This document shows, in pieces, positions 37,276 to 52,200 of a DNA stretch of 64,000 nt. The translations under genes and the position numbers were made by a program. Source of the DNA: Rhynchobatus australiae (lineage: Eukaryota); the NCBI GenBank assembly GCA_034780895.1, contig JAUZTB010000057.1, positions 5,547,956-5,611,955 of the forward strand. Direction: 5' to 3'. The notes beneath the pieces were generated by a model that ran no database searches, was not told where the DNA came from, and saw only the letters and a program-made list of their open reading frames with translations. The first letter of the stretch is position 1. Each line of letters starts with the position of its first letter.

Positions 37276-39187
37276 TAGGTCACTTCACCCTGGAATTTAG
37301 CTGTTTGGTTCATGTATCGACCAAGGCTGTCATGAATCTGAAGCCAAATGGTACCAGCAAAACTCAAACTACTTGCAGTTCTATCTGTCTGATGAACAGT
37401 ATCATCACTCATGTCCAAAGGTTTTTTTTATATTATTTCCCTCTGTGGATCTTGTAATTCATTTTGGCCACAGTGTAAAATTAAGATAATTAAAACATTG
37501 ANNNNCAAAAACAAAAGCAGAACATATAACTGCCTCTCAATTTCTTTGCACTGGTGATAGCACAAGTCTACATTTCACCAACGGCTGAAAGTACATATGT
37601 CAGGGGTGAGTAAAATTCATCTATACTGATGGTGGAGCTGTGAACAGCATGTTCCCCTGACTGAATAGCTGTGGGAATATCCCTTGGGCAGAGCTAAGGT
37701 GGCAGAGCAATTCAATTTTAAATCAATGCAAATTAGAAGGGATCGAGTATCTCTATAAGACTTAGAAATATTCTGATGTCTGTGTTGGCGTCTGTTGCAG
37801 TGTAAATTTTACAAGGATGCAATAAAGTAGGAGTTTGTGGAATTTTCGGTGTGATTCAAAATATGCTACATGTCCACTGTCAAAAGAACTCTTTGAATAA
37901 AGGGGAAAAGGTAAAAAAAAGGTAGCACATTAAAGAAGACTTCTGTGGATGGCATCCAGAAAAACAACAGGTGCTTGGATTATAAGAATTTCCTATAATA
38001 TTGTCCAGACAAATCCAATTATAGCCAGCCAGATAATGAATAGCCCTTCCCTGGTTAGCAATTACACTATCTTTCAAATGCTCCTCATCACCATTCATAC
38101 TTTGCAGGATAAACCAATCTGCTTACAAATTATGATTTCCCAATGACATGAGCTGCAAGAGACGACCAGCTCACAGACTTATTTATTTCACTTGCATCAA
38201 TATCGTAAGATTGTGAGAAAAGGAATTTCCCCTTGATTCTGTTCTGTCATTCAGTGAGATCATTGTTGATCTGATCTTGTCCTCAACTCTATTTTCAAGC
38301 CAGTTCCCCATTATCACAATTCCCATATCACTACTGTGCAGCATTATCAAATTTTGGCATGATTGTAAGATATGTAATCAACAACAATTTTTCAATGTTC
38401 ACTGCACAAAGCTCTGGTAATAATCAGACCCATGAATGTTGAGGTTAGGAGTGCCCTCTCAAAACATCCATTGCTTCCAAAATTATTCACTGGTGACTGA
38501 AGCTGCTGGAATAAATTCTATTTTCCAAATCCAGCTCTACAACAAGAAGATCTGGCTGACAGGGTGTCAGGTCACAATCAGTGACAACTCCAGAGACACT
38601 ACTTTGCCCATGCCCAGAATCACTACTTCACACATCAGCCATGGAAAGCAACATGTAATATTCTTTGATCTAACTCAATGAAGGAAATACAACAAATAGG
38701 TCTTTACCACCAGATAAGTAATTGTCTGCACTGAGATGGTTGTACATTTGCACTGCATTGCATTGACTAAGTAATTTCCATACTTTATTTGTATGGAGTT
38801 GAAGAGTTTTAGAGCAACACTCATAAGACAATACTGCTGCATAAGAAAAAGGACTGGTAAAAATATGAAAGTATTTTCTGCTACAATGTGAATTGTTGCA
38901 CTAAGCCTTAACTTCATGTCCAGAGCAAGGGAAATGTATTGAAATAATTCAAAACCAAGTTCTGAAGTACATTCAGAGCACTGTTGATTAGTAGGGATTC
39001 CATAACACAGCCTTTATCAACATCTAGAACATCCAGAGTACCAGGCCACAGAGGCAGTGACTGACTGCTTCCATGCAGGAGGAATTTTGAAGAACTCCCT
39101 TGGTTTCCCCTCCCTTTTGCATGCATTGTTTACTAGCAGCCCTGTTTACAGACTTTAACTTCAATTCAAAAGTGGACAAAGTCTTAC

Positions 39188-39221
39188 CAGTGCCGGNNNN
39201 NNNNNNNNNNNNNNNNNNNNN
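39188..39221 (-). CDS. PPIL2: PPIL2 micro-exon, expected IQGGDPTGTGTG (about 34 bp); only the last 9 nt are visible
   Basis: Plus cttac|cagtgccgg|NNN reads on minus as CC GGC ACT G|GTAAG, i.e. (T)GT-G ending in phase 1. This is the end required between the ...RNFM and (G)GESYWG exons. The 5' boundary is inferred from the conserved cyclophilin sequence. Confidence 0.75.
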
Positions 39222-42200
39222 NNNNNNNNNNNNNNNNNNNNNNNNNNNNNNNNNNNNAACTTGTACTTTGATAGTGTGCTCATTTATACAAAAAAAAAAT
39301 CACAACATTCTACATTAATGGGGGAAATCCTGGGCACATTTGGTAAATAATAAATTATTCAGCTGAGAGAGACTTGAAAGCAGAGAAAATAAAAGTGAGG
39401 CATTGATAGAAATGATCAGCCTGAGAATCTATGGATAGAGTTTCTAAAAACAGGAGCAAAGGACAGAGGATGGCCAGAAGTACTGAAACTGAGGATAAGA
39501 GGCCACTCAGTGCAATGGCAACAAAGGGCTTGCTGAAGGGACATCTTGTGATTAAATATCACTGTTAGTGAGAAGTAAGATGACAAGGATATCTGAAATT
39601 GAGTATGGAAACCATATGAATTTGCTGAGGTATGTGGATCCAGTGATACTTGCTAAGGTTGGGGTGACAGAACAGTGGAAGCAAGGACAAGTTCTTTCCA
39701 GGATGAGTTCCAATTTCTTTAGGAGATTTGTGTTTCAGTGCAAACAGATAATGTGGTAATACAGCTGCAATTTCAGATTGCTGGCTCAAGGAAANNNNNN
39801 GACAGTTTTCATAAAGAAGCTATTTATGTGGGATCATAAAATTTAACAGCAAAGAAGATGGTCTTTCAGTTTCACACTTCAGTGCTTGCATTCTGAAAGA
39901 TGCATTCTAATCCCTTGCACTTCCCCAATATCCCTTCAATTTTTCCCAATAGTTTATGCTGTTTTCTACATGGTTAAACATTTCCCTATTTTTATGATTG
40001 CTGGAAATTATGGTCTTATTATGGCATTAAGACCACAAAATATTGTAGAGGTTATTTATGTAAATTGAGATAAATAAATGGTGTGACTCTATAAATGCAG
40101 GTAAGTGGGTCTAGCTCAGTAAGCCAACTTGGTTGGCATGGACGAGTTGGGCTGAAGGGCCTGTTTCTGTGCTGTATAACTCTGAGTAAAACTAAGGCAG
40201 AGGACTGCCAAAAATAGAGAAGTTTTCAGCTTAATGCAAACCTTGAAGGCTGTCAATGGCAGGAAGTCATCATAAATAGAAGATCTGTCTGGGGCAGGGA
40301 TGGGGCTCTGTATCGAGACTATTACCGCACATTATCATTGTTCATGATTTGGATATGGGCATTTGTGAAGCATGCATATGCAAAGTAAACAAATTTAAGG
40401 CACATGAACCAAAGAGATAGAAGGGAGTTGAGAATTTAGATCAAATAAATAGGACAAAATAATTCACTTAAATTGGAGGATGAGCATGATATCCTTTGAT
40501 GGTGTTAAATAAGTACAGTGCGATACATTTAGGTTCAAAGAAATCCAGGCTCATTTATATAATTAATGGACAATTACCTGTACCAGAGGAGAGTTGCTGG
40601 ATTCATCAATAATAAATGAAAGAAGCTTCAAAACAGTATGATAAAGCTATTAAAAAGTTCAAGGTCTCAGGACACATTGATTTGGCAGGCCAAATGAAAA
40701 CTAAAAATAAGGTACTACACTCGGCTTTTGTACCATTTCCAGTTTTTGTATTTTTATATGGTGATTACCAACAAGGTCCAGGAGAATGCACCAAACCAAA
40801 ACACAATCTTACAACTTAGTCTTTAAAACGAGTCATATAATTTGGACTACTTTTCAATAGAGAAACAAGTGCTTAGGAAAAATATGATAAAGGCTGTCAA
40901 AACTATGCACATCCAATTATACAGATCATTTCAAATGGACACTGAAGGAAAATCTTAGAAGGCATGTATACAAAAACTTCTAGGCAAAAATTTATGTTAC
41001 TTATTAACTCACTGGACTCTGGAAAAGATTACCAATGGATGTGGTGAACCCAACACTCTGCAACCATGCAAGTTCAAGGCAAATACAGATGAACACTTCA
41101 AATTTTAGTCTGTCTATTGTCTATTTAGTAGTAATAGTGTGCAAACTAGTAGCTATACTGATTATACCTTGGCTACTGACAGCTGGTTGAGAATTAGATA
41201 TCATGCATTGGCACTGTCAAGTCAGGAAACATATAATATTCATTATGCATATGTAAGGGATCAAAAATACATGAGAGCTGAATGGCAGTATTGATATGAT
41301 ATAAATGTAATAGTTGATGGTTCAAAGTCCAGAGACAGAAACTGAGTTGTTACTTTATTACAGAGTTAGAGTAGTAAATGTGTGGGAGCATTTCAGAGAA
41401 ATGGCAAAACTATAGTTAGTGGGATCTCAATTATTCGAATATGTACTCTGGAGAAGAGGGCCTAAGGTTGGGATGAATAGCAATGAGGATGCTGTAGTCC
41501 TTGATTCAAAACATTTCTAACCAAACAATGAAGGAAGGGGTGCTGAACCTCTCTCTGGAGAATGAAGTAAGGCAAATGGTGAGCGTTTCATTGGGAGAGC
41601 ATCCAGCTAATATTAATCATAAAATAATTACATTTAATAGGAAGAAACAACAAAAAATTCAAAATATCCAACTATTACATTGTCTATATATCAAAAAGGG
41701 ACAGATCGGATGGCTAGGAAGCTAAGTCTGGTCATGAAAACTGTTGATCTTCACAGTAGAGCTAGTTCAGGCATAAACCCATGACAAGTAGAGTATAATT
41801 AGTCAACAGGCAGTGAAGGCACAAGGGTGGAGAGTGGGAAAGAAAAATTATTGGCAGGAAAGGAAAAGGGAACAAGGAATCATTTTCATAAATAATAAAC
41901 ATAGTTAAAGGATCTTTGCGGATTTATGGGAAAAATCTCATGGAGGCAGAAAAAAGGCTGAGGTACTGAATAAGTACCCTGTAGTTGTCTTCACAAAAGA
42001 GGGTGAACTTAGTAGACCAAGTGGAAGAGATACGAGATAGGATTATAATGGATAGCAAAAAATGTAGCAAATAGGTTGACATTCAAGTTTAAAAGTCATC
42101 CTGGAAATTACTGCGGGAAGCAGTTGACCCTTCTGACTATAATTTTTCTATTTATATTTCAGTCATTATTAACATGGTAATCAACTTATGGACATAAAGC

Positions 42201-43899
42201 ACATAAAATTAAAATACCAAGAAATTATAATGAAATGTTTAATTGCTCCAGCTCCTGGGTCCTGTATCCTTGTTGGCCAATAAAGTGCAATCGTGATCAA
42301 AAGGGATACAAGATTCAGATCGGGTGACACTGGCCCATAAAGAAAACCTAGTACGGAGTTAATACGTGTATCATGTGTTAATGAAATATGTTACAGCTCG
42401 ATAGATTGACCCAAAGAATTAGATAGAAGTGCCATGGATCTTTTCATAAATTGGCATAAGGTATTATTTTCTGTCTCCCAGGGAGATGGGTTGATAGCAT
42501 GTACCATGCCTCTACGGACCAGGTTAGATTAGATAGGCTGCTTTTTCTAGTTATTCATTTTATATATTTTTAGTCTTTTACGCTACTTCATTAATCACTT
42601 CCAAAAACTGAAGATCATTACGTAGATGCAAATTGAACTTAACAACCGCAATATATTGTAAACCCAGCTAATGAGATCTATGACTGTTGATGTTCTGGAC
42701 CTAATGAGTGAAATCATGCAGCATAACATTTTTGCTTCAAGTTCAATACTAACAACTTATTTTCTTTTATTCCATACACATCATGGAAATTTATATTTAA
42801 CAGCAGACCAACTTGTTACCCTAGTAGTATTCAAACAATGCTTTACAATTTATATTAAGTAACAATCTTAAGTACAGTCATTTATTACATACTAGTCTAT
42901 GTCTAAGGTGGGAATTATCACTTGGGTGTACTGTGAGGGAGGAGAGATCTAGCAAAGAGGCTGAGAAAGCTGAGGTGACCGGGAAGTCTCCGCTGCAAAG
43001 AATAAANNNNNNNNNNNNNNNNNNNNNNNNNNNNNNNNNNNNNNNNNNNNNNNNNNNTTCTAATAAACTATTCAAGTGATGTTTCAAATGAGAGATGCTC
43101 TGGCACTCTTTCTTTTAAATGACAGTTTTATATTCTAATGAACTCATTGTTGAGATGTAATTTGTCCATCCAGACCATGTGATTTTACGGTCACAGGCCT
43201 GACAGGAAAAAAGGGAAAATGCCAGGAATCTACAGATTACTAAAAGATTAAAAATCCTTTATTTTAGTTTTGACTACCAGTATCTAGATTAGCATACTTT
43301 TGCAGCATACAGAATAATGGCCTAGACATTAGAATAAGTACAGGAGTGAGGGCAGTCGCTGCTCACCTCGAACTGCCCACACAATTCTCATGATCGTTGT
43401 GCTGTGGAGCTCCGTTTACCAACACTGGCTGCTATTGGGCATTAGGTGATGCAGGGACATGTTTAAAGATTTAATGCCCAGTATCATGGTGCAACACTTT
43501 CAATTCAAATACAACGCAGGTTAGATGCAGATAATTCTTCATTTGCCTTAGCATCAGTTTGTTCAAATTCGATGACTTAAATGAAATTCTTTCCAAAAGC
43601 ACAGCTATGTGACGTGTTACCAATTCCAGTGCTAGTTACCTGATGGATGGTCAAATTGCAAGTAGTTTTATAGGATGTAATTGTGTTTCTCAGGAATTAA
43701 GGCCAGAGAGCATGAAATATAATCTCTGAACTTTGTATAATTTTGAAGGAAGTCATGAAGGGGCAGTCATGAGAAAGTGACCCACAGTGATCTAGCTACT
43801 TCTGTGCTGTAGACCTCCCCTCTGCCAACAAGACTGCTTTGACTGAGTTTCAAAGAACGTGAGATCATCTCACTAAAACACAAGCTTCTGGGTGGGCTT

Positions 43900-44222
43900 G
43901 AAATGGTGGATATGGGGATTGTTTCCCTTGGACAACAGGTCTAGAACTTTCGGGGACATAGCCTTGAGATGAGGGACACTTACAACTGTGGGCAAGAGGA
44001 ATTTCTTCACCCAGGGGATTATCAGATTTTGTACCTGCACAGGGCTGCAGATGCTCAGAGTTTTTCCAAGGCTGAGATTATTAAATTTTTGCAATCAAGT
44101 GGGATAAAGGAAAGAGGAGAATGGGCAGGAAAGTGGTAATGAGGTAGATCAGCTATGATCTTTTAGCATGAAGAGGTAGTCTTGAAGGGCTGTGCATTAC
44201 TTTCCTGCTTCTAATTCTTGTA
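43900..44222 (+). mobile_element. CR1-type LINE 3' end
   Basis: TTGTTTCCC..TCTAGAAC..GGGGACATAGCCT..GAGGAATTTCTTCACCCAG..GATCAGCTATGATCT..CCTGCTTCTAATTCTTGTG. Confidence 0.75.
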
Positions 44223-44728
44223 CTTACCACCAAAGCTTTCTGTTTTATAAAAGTTAAAAAAAAATCTGTACAGAATTCATTTCTTTTAAAGCTGTTAATT
44301 AACACCCATACCTTTTAAATTAAGACACTGGGATTACATAATTAAATATAAAAATATTTATAAATTCTATCTAAGGCTATCCATGTTTAATAACATTAGG
44401 GTCACTTTAGCACTTTTGAGCTAAAGAGTGTTGTCTATGGTTTGCATCTTTGAAAAAGCAAAACCTTTGAATAGACTATGATGTAAGATAAGTGCCACAG
44501 TAGGGTGAAAGACTTGCACTCCATTTTGAGCATTACTTATGAAATTCTGAATGCAAAATGAATTTTTATCTCTATTAAGCTGCAAAAGATGTTCTTTCCT
44601 TTTCACTTACTGACATCAGTAAATCCTACAATATTAAACTTGCATCTTGAATTTCCATTTTGGTTTCGTGTAATCTGCGAGTACCATTGTAGAGGGCACA
44701 TTTCAAAAGCATTAAGCAACAGACTTAC

Positions 44729-44818
44729 CATGAAGTTCCGGATAGATCTGTGAAATTTTGTTCCATCATAATATCTCTTTTTGCACAATTTGATGAAATT
44801 TTCGCATGCCTTTGGGGT
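44729..44818 (-). CDS. PPIL2: PPIL2 coding exon (90 bp): TPKACENFIKLCKKRYYDGTKFHRSIRNFM
   Basis: Cyclophilin motif ENF..LC...YYDG..FHRSIRNFM. AG acceptor at plus 44819-44820 with pyrimidine tract, GTAAGT donor at plus 44723-44728. Phase 0/0. Confidence 0.97.
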
Positions 44819-47139
44819 CTATGAAATTCAAAGAGAAAAAAGACACAATTATAATTTCTTGTACTAATTTTAGCTGTACCCACTAACTGCAAAATTTTAT
44901 TTTTATTGGTGGTAGTTTAGCAAGTGGAAATTTGAATAAATAAGGAATCTCTTTTGCAGATGACCATGGAGTAAGAGGTGACATGTAGAAATCATTTCCT
45001 GTGTGAAGTAATCGGGCTTTGTACAAGATACTATACAAGGCATCAGATCTACACAAAGCTCATGGTTGACTTGGGCAGCAATGATCCATATCCTACATTT
45101 GCTTCCGAGTCCTGCTGTGGACACCTCAAGACACTGCAATAATACCAGCAATGTCTGCAAAATCCTCTAAATTCACTGGAAGGATAAGTGAACAAATATT
45201 GGTCTTCTCTCCCAGGCCAAATCTACAAAAAAAATGTCTTTTAAAGAAAAAAAAATCAGAAATAAAAATTCATCGAGCTATTAATGGTTATTCAAGTACA
45301 AATGCAAGATGCTGGAAGTATCCATATTCTTGTGAAGTTGTGAATAAACAAATAGCAGTAATTTGTTCAGCTTTCTCATCTCTTTCCCCACTGGAAGTTC
45401 AGTTGATGCAAATGCCTTGGCTTATTTTCTACATACTAAAAGTGGTGCCTATTATGTGGTAATTATTGAATCAATGAGCCATCATAATTTTGAAAACTTA
45501 GACTGCTTACTAATTCAGATCCCTTGCTACTTCAAAAAGAGGGTATGTCCTTTTGACTTAAGAGGACCTATAGAGGACCTTAAGAGGATCTATATGTGAG
45601 CAATGCAATATTATTCTCCACTCTGCTGAAGAACCCAGACTGGACTAGATAGCCAACTGAATGTCTTTGAGGAACACTAACACGAAAGAAACATGCTTTG
45701 GCATAGACAGGAAGAGATTGTTGCTGTGACTTAGCACACAATATTATTAGCACATGGATGTGAATGCTTTGGAAAATTCCACTTAAGTGAAAACAGCAGC
45801 NNNNNNNNNNNNNNNNNNNNNNNNNNNNNNNNNNNNNNNNNNNNNNNNNNNNNNNNNNNNNNNNNNNNNNNNNNNNNNNNNNNNNNNNNNNNNNNNNNNN
45901 CAGCAAGAAACCAAGCAGTTACTGCTATGGAAAAATAATAAAGCTATTACATGATTTTTATGGGAAGCAGGTAGTTCAAACAAAGTTATTGCTATTCAGA
46001 AATTAAACATCTTTAATCTATTATCATGTATTCATGCACAAAGTATGGTCATTCCACCGATTGATTTTTATCTGCATGATTTTCAGAAAAATCCAGGTTG
46101 CATATACCATGTGATTAATAATGGAGATTATTAATTACATATATGAAGCATGGATTTTTCATCATCAAATCATCATTGCATGATATTTGTGCTGTGTTTT
46201 ATATGACTTCAAGGTTTCAAAGGATTTTACAGCTGCTGGAGACAAGTTTTAAGTGGTCACTCTCATCACCACATATAGAATCGTTAGTGGCCATTTGGCT
46301 CATCATACCTGCCCTTACAGTCATTCTCTTTCCCCATAACTCCGCATTTTCTTCCTTTAAGTATCCAATTCAATTTTGATCATTGCTTATGCACCAGCTT
46401 CTACTAATTTTCAATCTGTGCATTCAAGTTTCAACACAGTTTTCCCTCATGTCATCTGTGTTTTTCTGGCACACTGCCTTAAACCTCAGTCTTCTGACTA
46501 CCAACCATTTTGTCACTGAAGCTGTACTGTTTAACTTACTGCAGCAAAATCCTTAAATAATATTAACATCCCAATCAAATCTCCCTTAAAGTGCACTATT
46601 TAAAGAAGTTAATTTAAGAATTTAAAGAGTTTCTCCAGGCTCCCCCAAAACTTAAGTCTTTCATCCACAGTATCATGCTAATCCACAATATCATGCTAGT
46701 ATGCCTCTTCTGTAAAGCCTTGACAATTTTCCTGTGTGTGACTTTCAGAATTGCTCTTGTATTCTATGCTTCTGCTTACTAAGCCAAGCATCCCTTCTGC
46801 TGCTTTGACTTGGCTTCAAGCTTCAAAGGCTGCACCCTCTTTAAAATTATTCCATTTAATTCATACCATCACTTCTCAGTCCTGCTCACCAGGGAATCAA
46901 TCTATATTTATCCATGCTATATTTCATCTGCTTGGCTTTGTGCCTCCAGAATTCTACTATTACTCTTCTGACTGTTCATAATATTTGAATTTTGCATCAT
47001 CCCTAATATTATAGACTGTGTATCCAAATCCATGTGATTAAGATATCTCAATAAGACCAGCAAGCCACAAACCCCATCTCATTTGGGTACCTTTTCTAAC
47101 AAGACTTGATTATTTGGCGCCAAAAGCCTAATTCACCAT

Positions 47140-48395
47140 TCAATAGGATCAGAGCTGACACCATGCCTCATCCACATTTTCCCTGATGCTCTTAGTATCC
47201 AAAAGTCCAGCAATCTTGCCCTTTTACATACTCAAAGACTGATATTTCATAAATCCAGTGCAGAGAAGTTCAAAGATTTATAGAGACACAAGAAATTCAG
47301 CAGATGCTGAATTTATAACCGAGGAAAGAAATTGCACATCTGGCCTAAATAGCTCACCCCTTATCTCCTAGTCAGGACTCTCTAGCTATAGGACCCTATC
47401 GATCCCTTTCAGAAACTCCTACAACTCACTGAAACCATTGCTCATTATTCCATTATCCAGTAAGGTAAGGGCCATTCTTATTCAAACTTTCTTCAAACGA
47501 CAACACCCTCATCCCAAGAATTACTTTAGTAAATTCATACTGCACTCACTCCAAGGCATGGTGGCCAAATCTACAGATAGTGATTCAAATTAGACCTCAC
47601 CAAGCTGTACAAGTTGAGCCAAATTTCCTAACTTCTGTATTCCAACCCACTGTAATAAAAGGCATTCCATTTGCCTTCCTAATTGTTTGCCGTACCTCTA
47701 TATTTATTTTCCAAGTCTCATAAACAAGCATTTANNNNNNNNNNNNNNNNNNCAATTGAATAGAAAAACAGAATACTTTTTAAATAATGAAACCAGTTGA
47801 TCATCATTTAAAAAGTATTCTGTTTTTCTGTTCTTCCTACCAAACTCAATAACCTCACATTTTCCAATATTATATTCCATCTGCAACTTTCTTGTTTGCT
47901 TACTTATTTCATTCTTACAGGTCACTTTGTTACCAAGCTTTATTTATTGACCAATCTGGATATGAGGGTATTTTCATCAGTCAACATTATAAGTCGTTAA
48001 TTCTGATGCCAGTGAGACTGAACACCTAACAAAATGCCAACCTGAAAATGACCTGTTTATTGCGACTCTGTTTTCTATCCTTTAAACAATCGTTAAGTAT
48101 TCCAACATCGAGAATCAGGTTCCCTTTCAGCTACACCGATGATCATATCCTCAAAGACTATTAGCTTTGTCAAACATACTTTTTCTTTCATAAAGGCATG
48201 TCAACTCTGCCTAATCAAACTAGAATTTTCTAACTGCCTTGTTACCAAAGAATGATGGATTCTAGTAATTTGTTCCAACAGTTGTTCTCTGGTTCCCTAT
48301 TCTATTTCACCTTTCTTTCTTAAATAGCGCGTTACAGAAGGCATCACTTTCCAATCTGTTGGAACTCATCCAGAATTTAGGACAATCACTAATAG
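47140..48395 (-). mobile_element. Old CR1-type LINE segment
   Basis: ORF 47704-47925 contains QMEYNIGKCEVIEFGRKNRKTEYFLN (CR1 RT motif WQMxFN.xKC.V.HFG). Confidence 0.7.
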
Positions 48396-48534
48396 ATGTA
48401 CATTTGGCCTACTTTATGTAAATTTGCTCGATCCTATTTCTTTATTTACTCCTCCTTTACTCTGAGAAACTCTCCTGTTGTGAAGGTTGGTGTAATTCTC
48501 ATTTTCTACCTCAGGTACAATCTCTTCCTCCACA

Positions 48535-49228
48535 ATACCTGGGACCTGGGAGTACAAATGCACTGTTCGCTGAAAGCAGCTGCGCAAGTAGACAGGGTGG
48601 TGAAGAAGGTGTTTAGCATGCTGGCCATCAGTCAGGCCATCAACTTCAGGAGTAGAGACATTATGTTGCAGTCCCATAAGTCATTGGTAAGGCTGCACTT
48701 GGAGTATTGTGTAGAGTTTTGGTCATCCTGTTATGGGAAAGACATTGTCAAGCTGGAGAGGGTGCAGAAGAGGTTTATGAGGATGCTGCCTGGACCAGAG
48801 GGTTTGAGTTATAGGCAGAGGTGGGCCACACTGGATCTTTATTCCTTGGAACGCAGGAGAATGAGAGGTGACCTCATAGAAGTTTATAAAATCATGAGGT
48901 GTATGGATAAGGTGGAAGGTCATACTCTTTTCCCCAGGGTTAGGGAGCCCATAACTAGAGGGATAAGAGGGGAGATATTTAAAAGAGACTGGAGAGGTAA
49001 CTTGTTTACACAGAGGGTAGTGAGTACCTAGAATGAGCTGCCAGAGGAAGTGGTCAAGACAGGTACAGTTTCAACATCTAAGAGGCATTTGGATAAGTAC
49101 ATGGAGGAGAGGGTTTGGAGGGTTATGGGTCGAACTCAGGCAAAGGAGGCTAGCAGGGAGGATGCTGTGGATGACATAGATCAGTTGGGCCAAAGGGCCA
49201 GGTCCCATGCTGTATTACTCTGTGACTT
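48535..49228 (+). mobile_element. CR1-type LINE, 5'-truncated, relatively young
   Basis: Stop-free DLGVQMHCSLKAAAQVDRVVKK...LVRLHLEYCVEFWS...RRRMRGDLIEVYKIMR...GNLFTQRVV, followed by a 3' UTR. Confidence 0.9.
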
Positions 49229-52200
49229 TAATAATGATAATGGCACTGATAAGGAACTTGGCAGCCAATTCATGCACAGCAAAGTTTCAAAAATACTAAT
49301 ATGTTACTGTTTTAATGTGCTGGTCAAGGGAGAAATATGGGCCAGGACATAGTATTCTCTGAATATTGCCCTGCCATCTTTTATATCACCCTAGAAGGGA
49401 GAAGGTGCATAGTTCTCTCCAAATGACAACACTCACTCATAGCNNNNNNNNTTTATTTACTTGTTTACAAGATGTGGTCTTTGGGATGACAGAAGTATTG
49501 TTGGTCCCTAATTGCTCCAGAACTAAGAGTCAACCATATCAGTGGGTCTGGAGACACTTTTTGGCCAGACCAAGTAATGGCTGATTTCCACTCCTGAAGT
49601 GACTCAGGGGTTTCATGGCTATCATTTCAGAAACTAGTTTATTATTTTAATTCCAAATTTTATTCAACCACTTGAGTTTAGATCTCCCAGATGTCATGGT
49701 GAGATTCAAACTCATGCCTCTGGATCAATAGTCCAGAACTCTGGCTGCTAGACTCTAAGGTAACTACAATGCTACTGCATGCTGTAGTGTCAGCCTAGGA
49801 TAAGTTACTGAATAAGTCTCTTAACTCAGGGGGTAAATATTGTCGCTAAGTGGTGACTGACATTTTTTTAGAACGGGAAGTCAGGGCAGTGGGTAAAAAT
49901 GCATTCTTAGTCGATGTTTCGAATTTGTTTATGCTTCGTTCCTCCATCGTCTTGATTTCTGGGGATGCTGTTTGGATTAAAGTAGGAAATTACAAAGGGA
50001 CATCTATTAAGTGAGGGGCAGAATAGCAGCAGATAGCATTAAATGAAGAAACTATGAAAACATCTGCTTTGATCCAACGAAACAATTTGCAACATTTTCT
50101 TAACAGTAAGAAACTAGAAGCTATGAAGTGATCTGGTATTCACTGTAATCATAGCACTAAAATAAGTGCACAGGTATACAAGTGTTCAAAAATGCTGAGG
50201 TTAATGTTGGAGGGAAGAGCAAAAGATGTTATGCATCAGTCAATCAATGCTTTAGTTGGACTCTACCTGGAGTTTTTTGTTTAGTTTTGCATACTGCACC
50301 TCAGAAATTCTGGTAGTTCTGTATGTTATATATATGCGCCCAGGACTCCTCTGTACACTAATGTGCTGCTGTTACTCTAACTGCACTGTGATAATGGACT
50401 CATCATGGAGTCCAGCAGTGAAATGGCAACTTGCTGCGGCTTCAGGGACTCCTGAAGTCAAGAGGAATGGCTGCAAGGGAGCAGGGCAAGTTCCAGGCAA
50501 TTTACACCTTTAAAATGTAGTTGAGTTTATGTAAATGTATATAGTGTTCTTTTGTGTCTTAGTGTTTTAATTTTTTTTAAACAAATATAAAACATTTTAC
50601 TAGTATATTAAGCTTTCAGTAACTTTTGAGTGTTTCAACTTGGGCCAGAGTTTAACTTATTGTCAAAGGATTTCTATGGGATTTGTAATAGGAATGTCCT
50701 GCATACCAGACACCATTCAGGAAATTCTTCACAGGAGATTCTATCAAAGTGAGAGCAGTTTAGCAGTAGGCGAGGTGCTCGCTGCTCCCTGGAAATTTCA
50801 ATCCACAACATCCTTTGTATAGTAGAGCACAGGTACACAAAAATGATACAGGGCAAGAAAGGTTGAATTGAGATGATAGATTCTATGAACTTGCTTGCAA
50901 TTCCGACTTTAGAAGTTTGATGGTAATCTAATTTCAATGTTTTAAAATTATAAATGTATTCAATAGGGTAGATTTTTCCTGACTGATGCAAAGCTACTTC
51001 TTTAGGTATCTATTTGACAAGGAAATGAAACAGTTTTAATCAGTGGATGAGAAATAATTGTTTAGCTCAGCGAGACTAGACAGAACAGTTTACAGCTGGA
51101 ATACTGTCCATTCTTTTAGAGAATACTGATGTTTTGATTGCACTACCTTTCAATTTCTGTGAATATGTCAAGGAAAGTGAGGAGTCTGGTTACTTTTTCC
51201 TCTTCTGTGAATGAGGGTCTAATGTTAACGGCTCCATGGAAAATGAATTAAAACAACACAATAATTGGTCTCTCGTGGATCAGCTATATAACTCTGCCAG
51301 TTTTGCAGATTTATGGGCATGAATGGCTTCCCTGATTCTAAGTGCTGGAGGTGAAACACTGTCACAACAGAAGAGACCAAAAACTCCCATGACCAAATCA
51401 TTTTTTGTTCAGAAGGCTCATTAAATATAAACCATCAGCTCAGTAAGATACCTTGGTGACATAAACAATGTTGTGGAACAATGAAGACAGCTGCTGTTCC
51501 AGACCAAATGAAAAATTGTTAAGTCCCATCTTTCCAACCAAAAAGCATGATGTGGTTCATTATGGAGGCCAAGCTGAGAAAAACATCTTCTGTAATATTC
51601 ATGAAGCGTGATACAAGCATTCAAAAGAACCTTCAGAGCAGTCTAATTACTAAAAAGTTAATTACTAACTTGAAGCTGAACCCACTCATTTGCCAATGCC
51701 CCACACCCAGCTGAGCACACCACACCCCTCCTCCACCCCTCCCCCCCCACTACAATTAAAGAGCACTGCCAGAATTGGTGGAAACCGAGTTGAAATTAGT
51801 CACTTACAATAAAGTACAGGGTGCCATACTGCAACACAGCACTGAATAAAAACAAAGAGGTTACATTCAGGGTATGAACAATTCCATCTAAACCTCAAGA
51901 AGGGATTTACATGATTATCATTACACTCAAAGGTTGGCTCTTCAGGGCAACTGAGAAGCTATCACTGAAATACAAAATACTAAATATGGAATGAAATATT
52001 CTTCAAATTTATTATAAGGATTGCCAATGGAAGCTTTTCTATCAACCTTCCTGCTATAAAGGGCCAGGACTGTTCGACCCAGAAGCTTCTAATCACTGCC
52101 CATTAACAGGTCACGGGCAGCACACATCCCTACTGCTGATCATGCCCTTTTATCAAAGTAAGTGAGTACTATACTGCAGCCAGACTCAGTCCTCAGTACT

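Noticed and set aside
48396-49031. 211-aa ORF as a host gene
   Set aside because: It is the C-terminus of a truncated CR1 ORF2 joined to unrelated upstream sequence.
52141-52165. ATGCCCTTTTA resembling the reverse complement of the miR-130 3' end (miR-130b/301b lie near PPIL2 in human)
   Set aside because: The seed-side match (TTGCACTG) is absent and no hairpin is evident.
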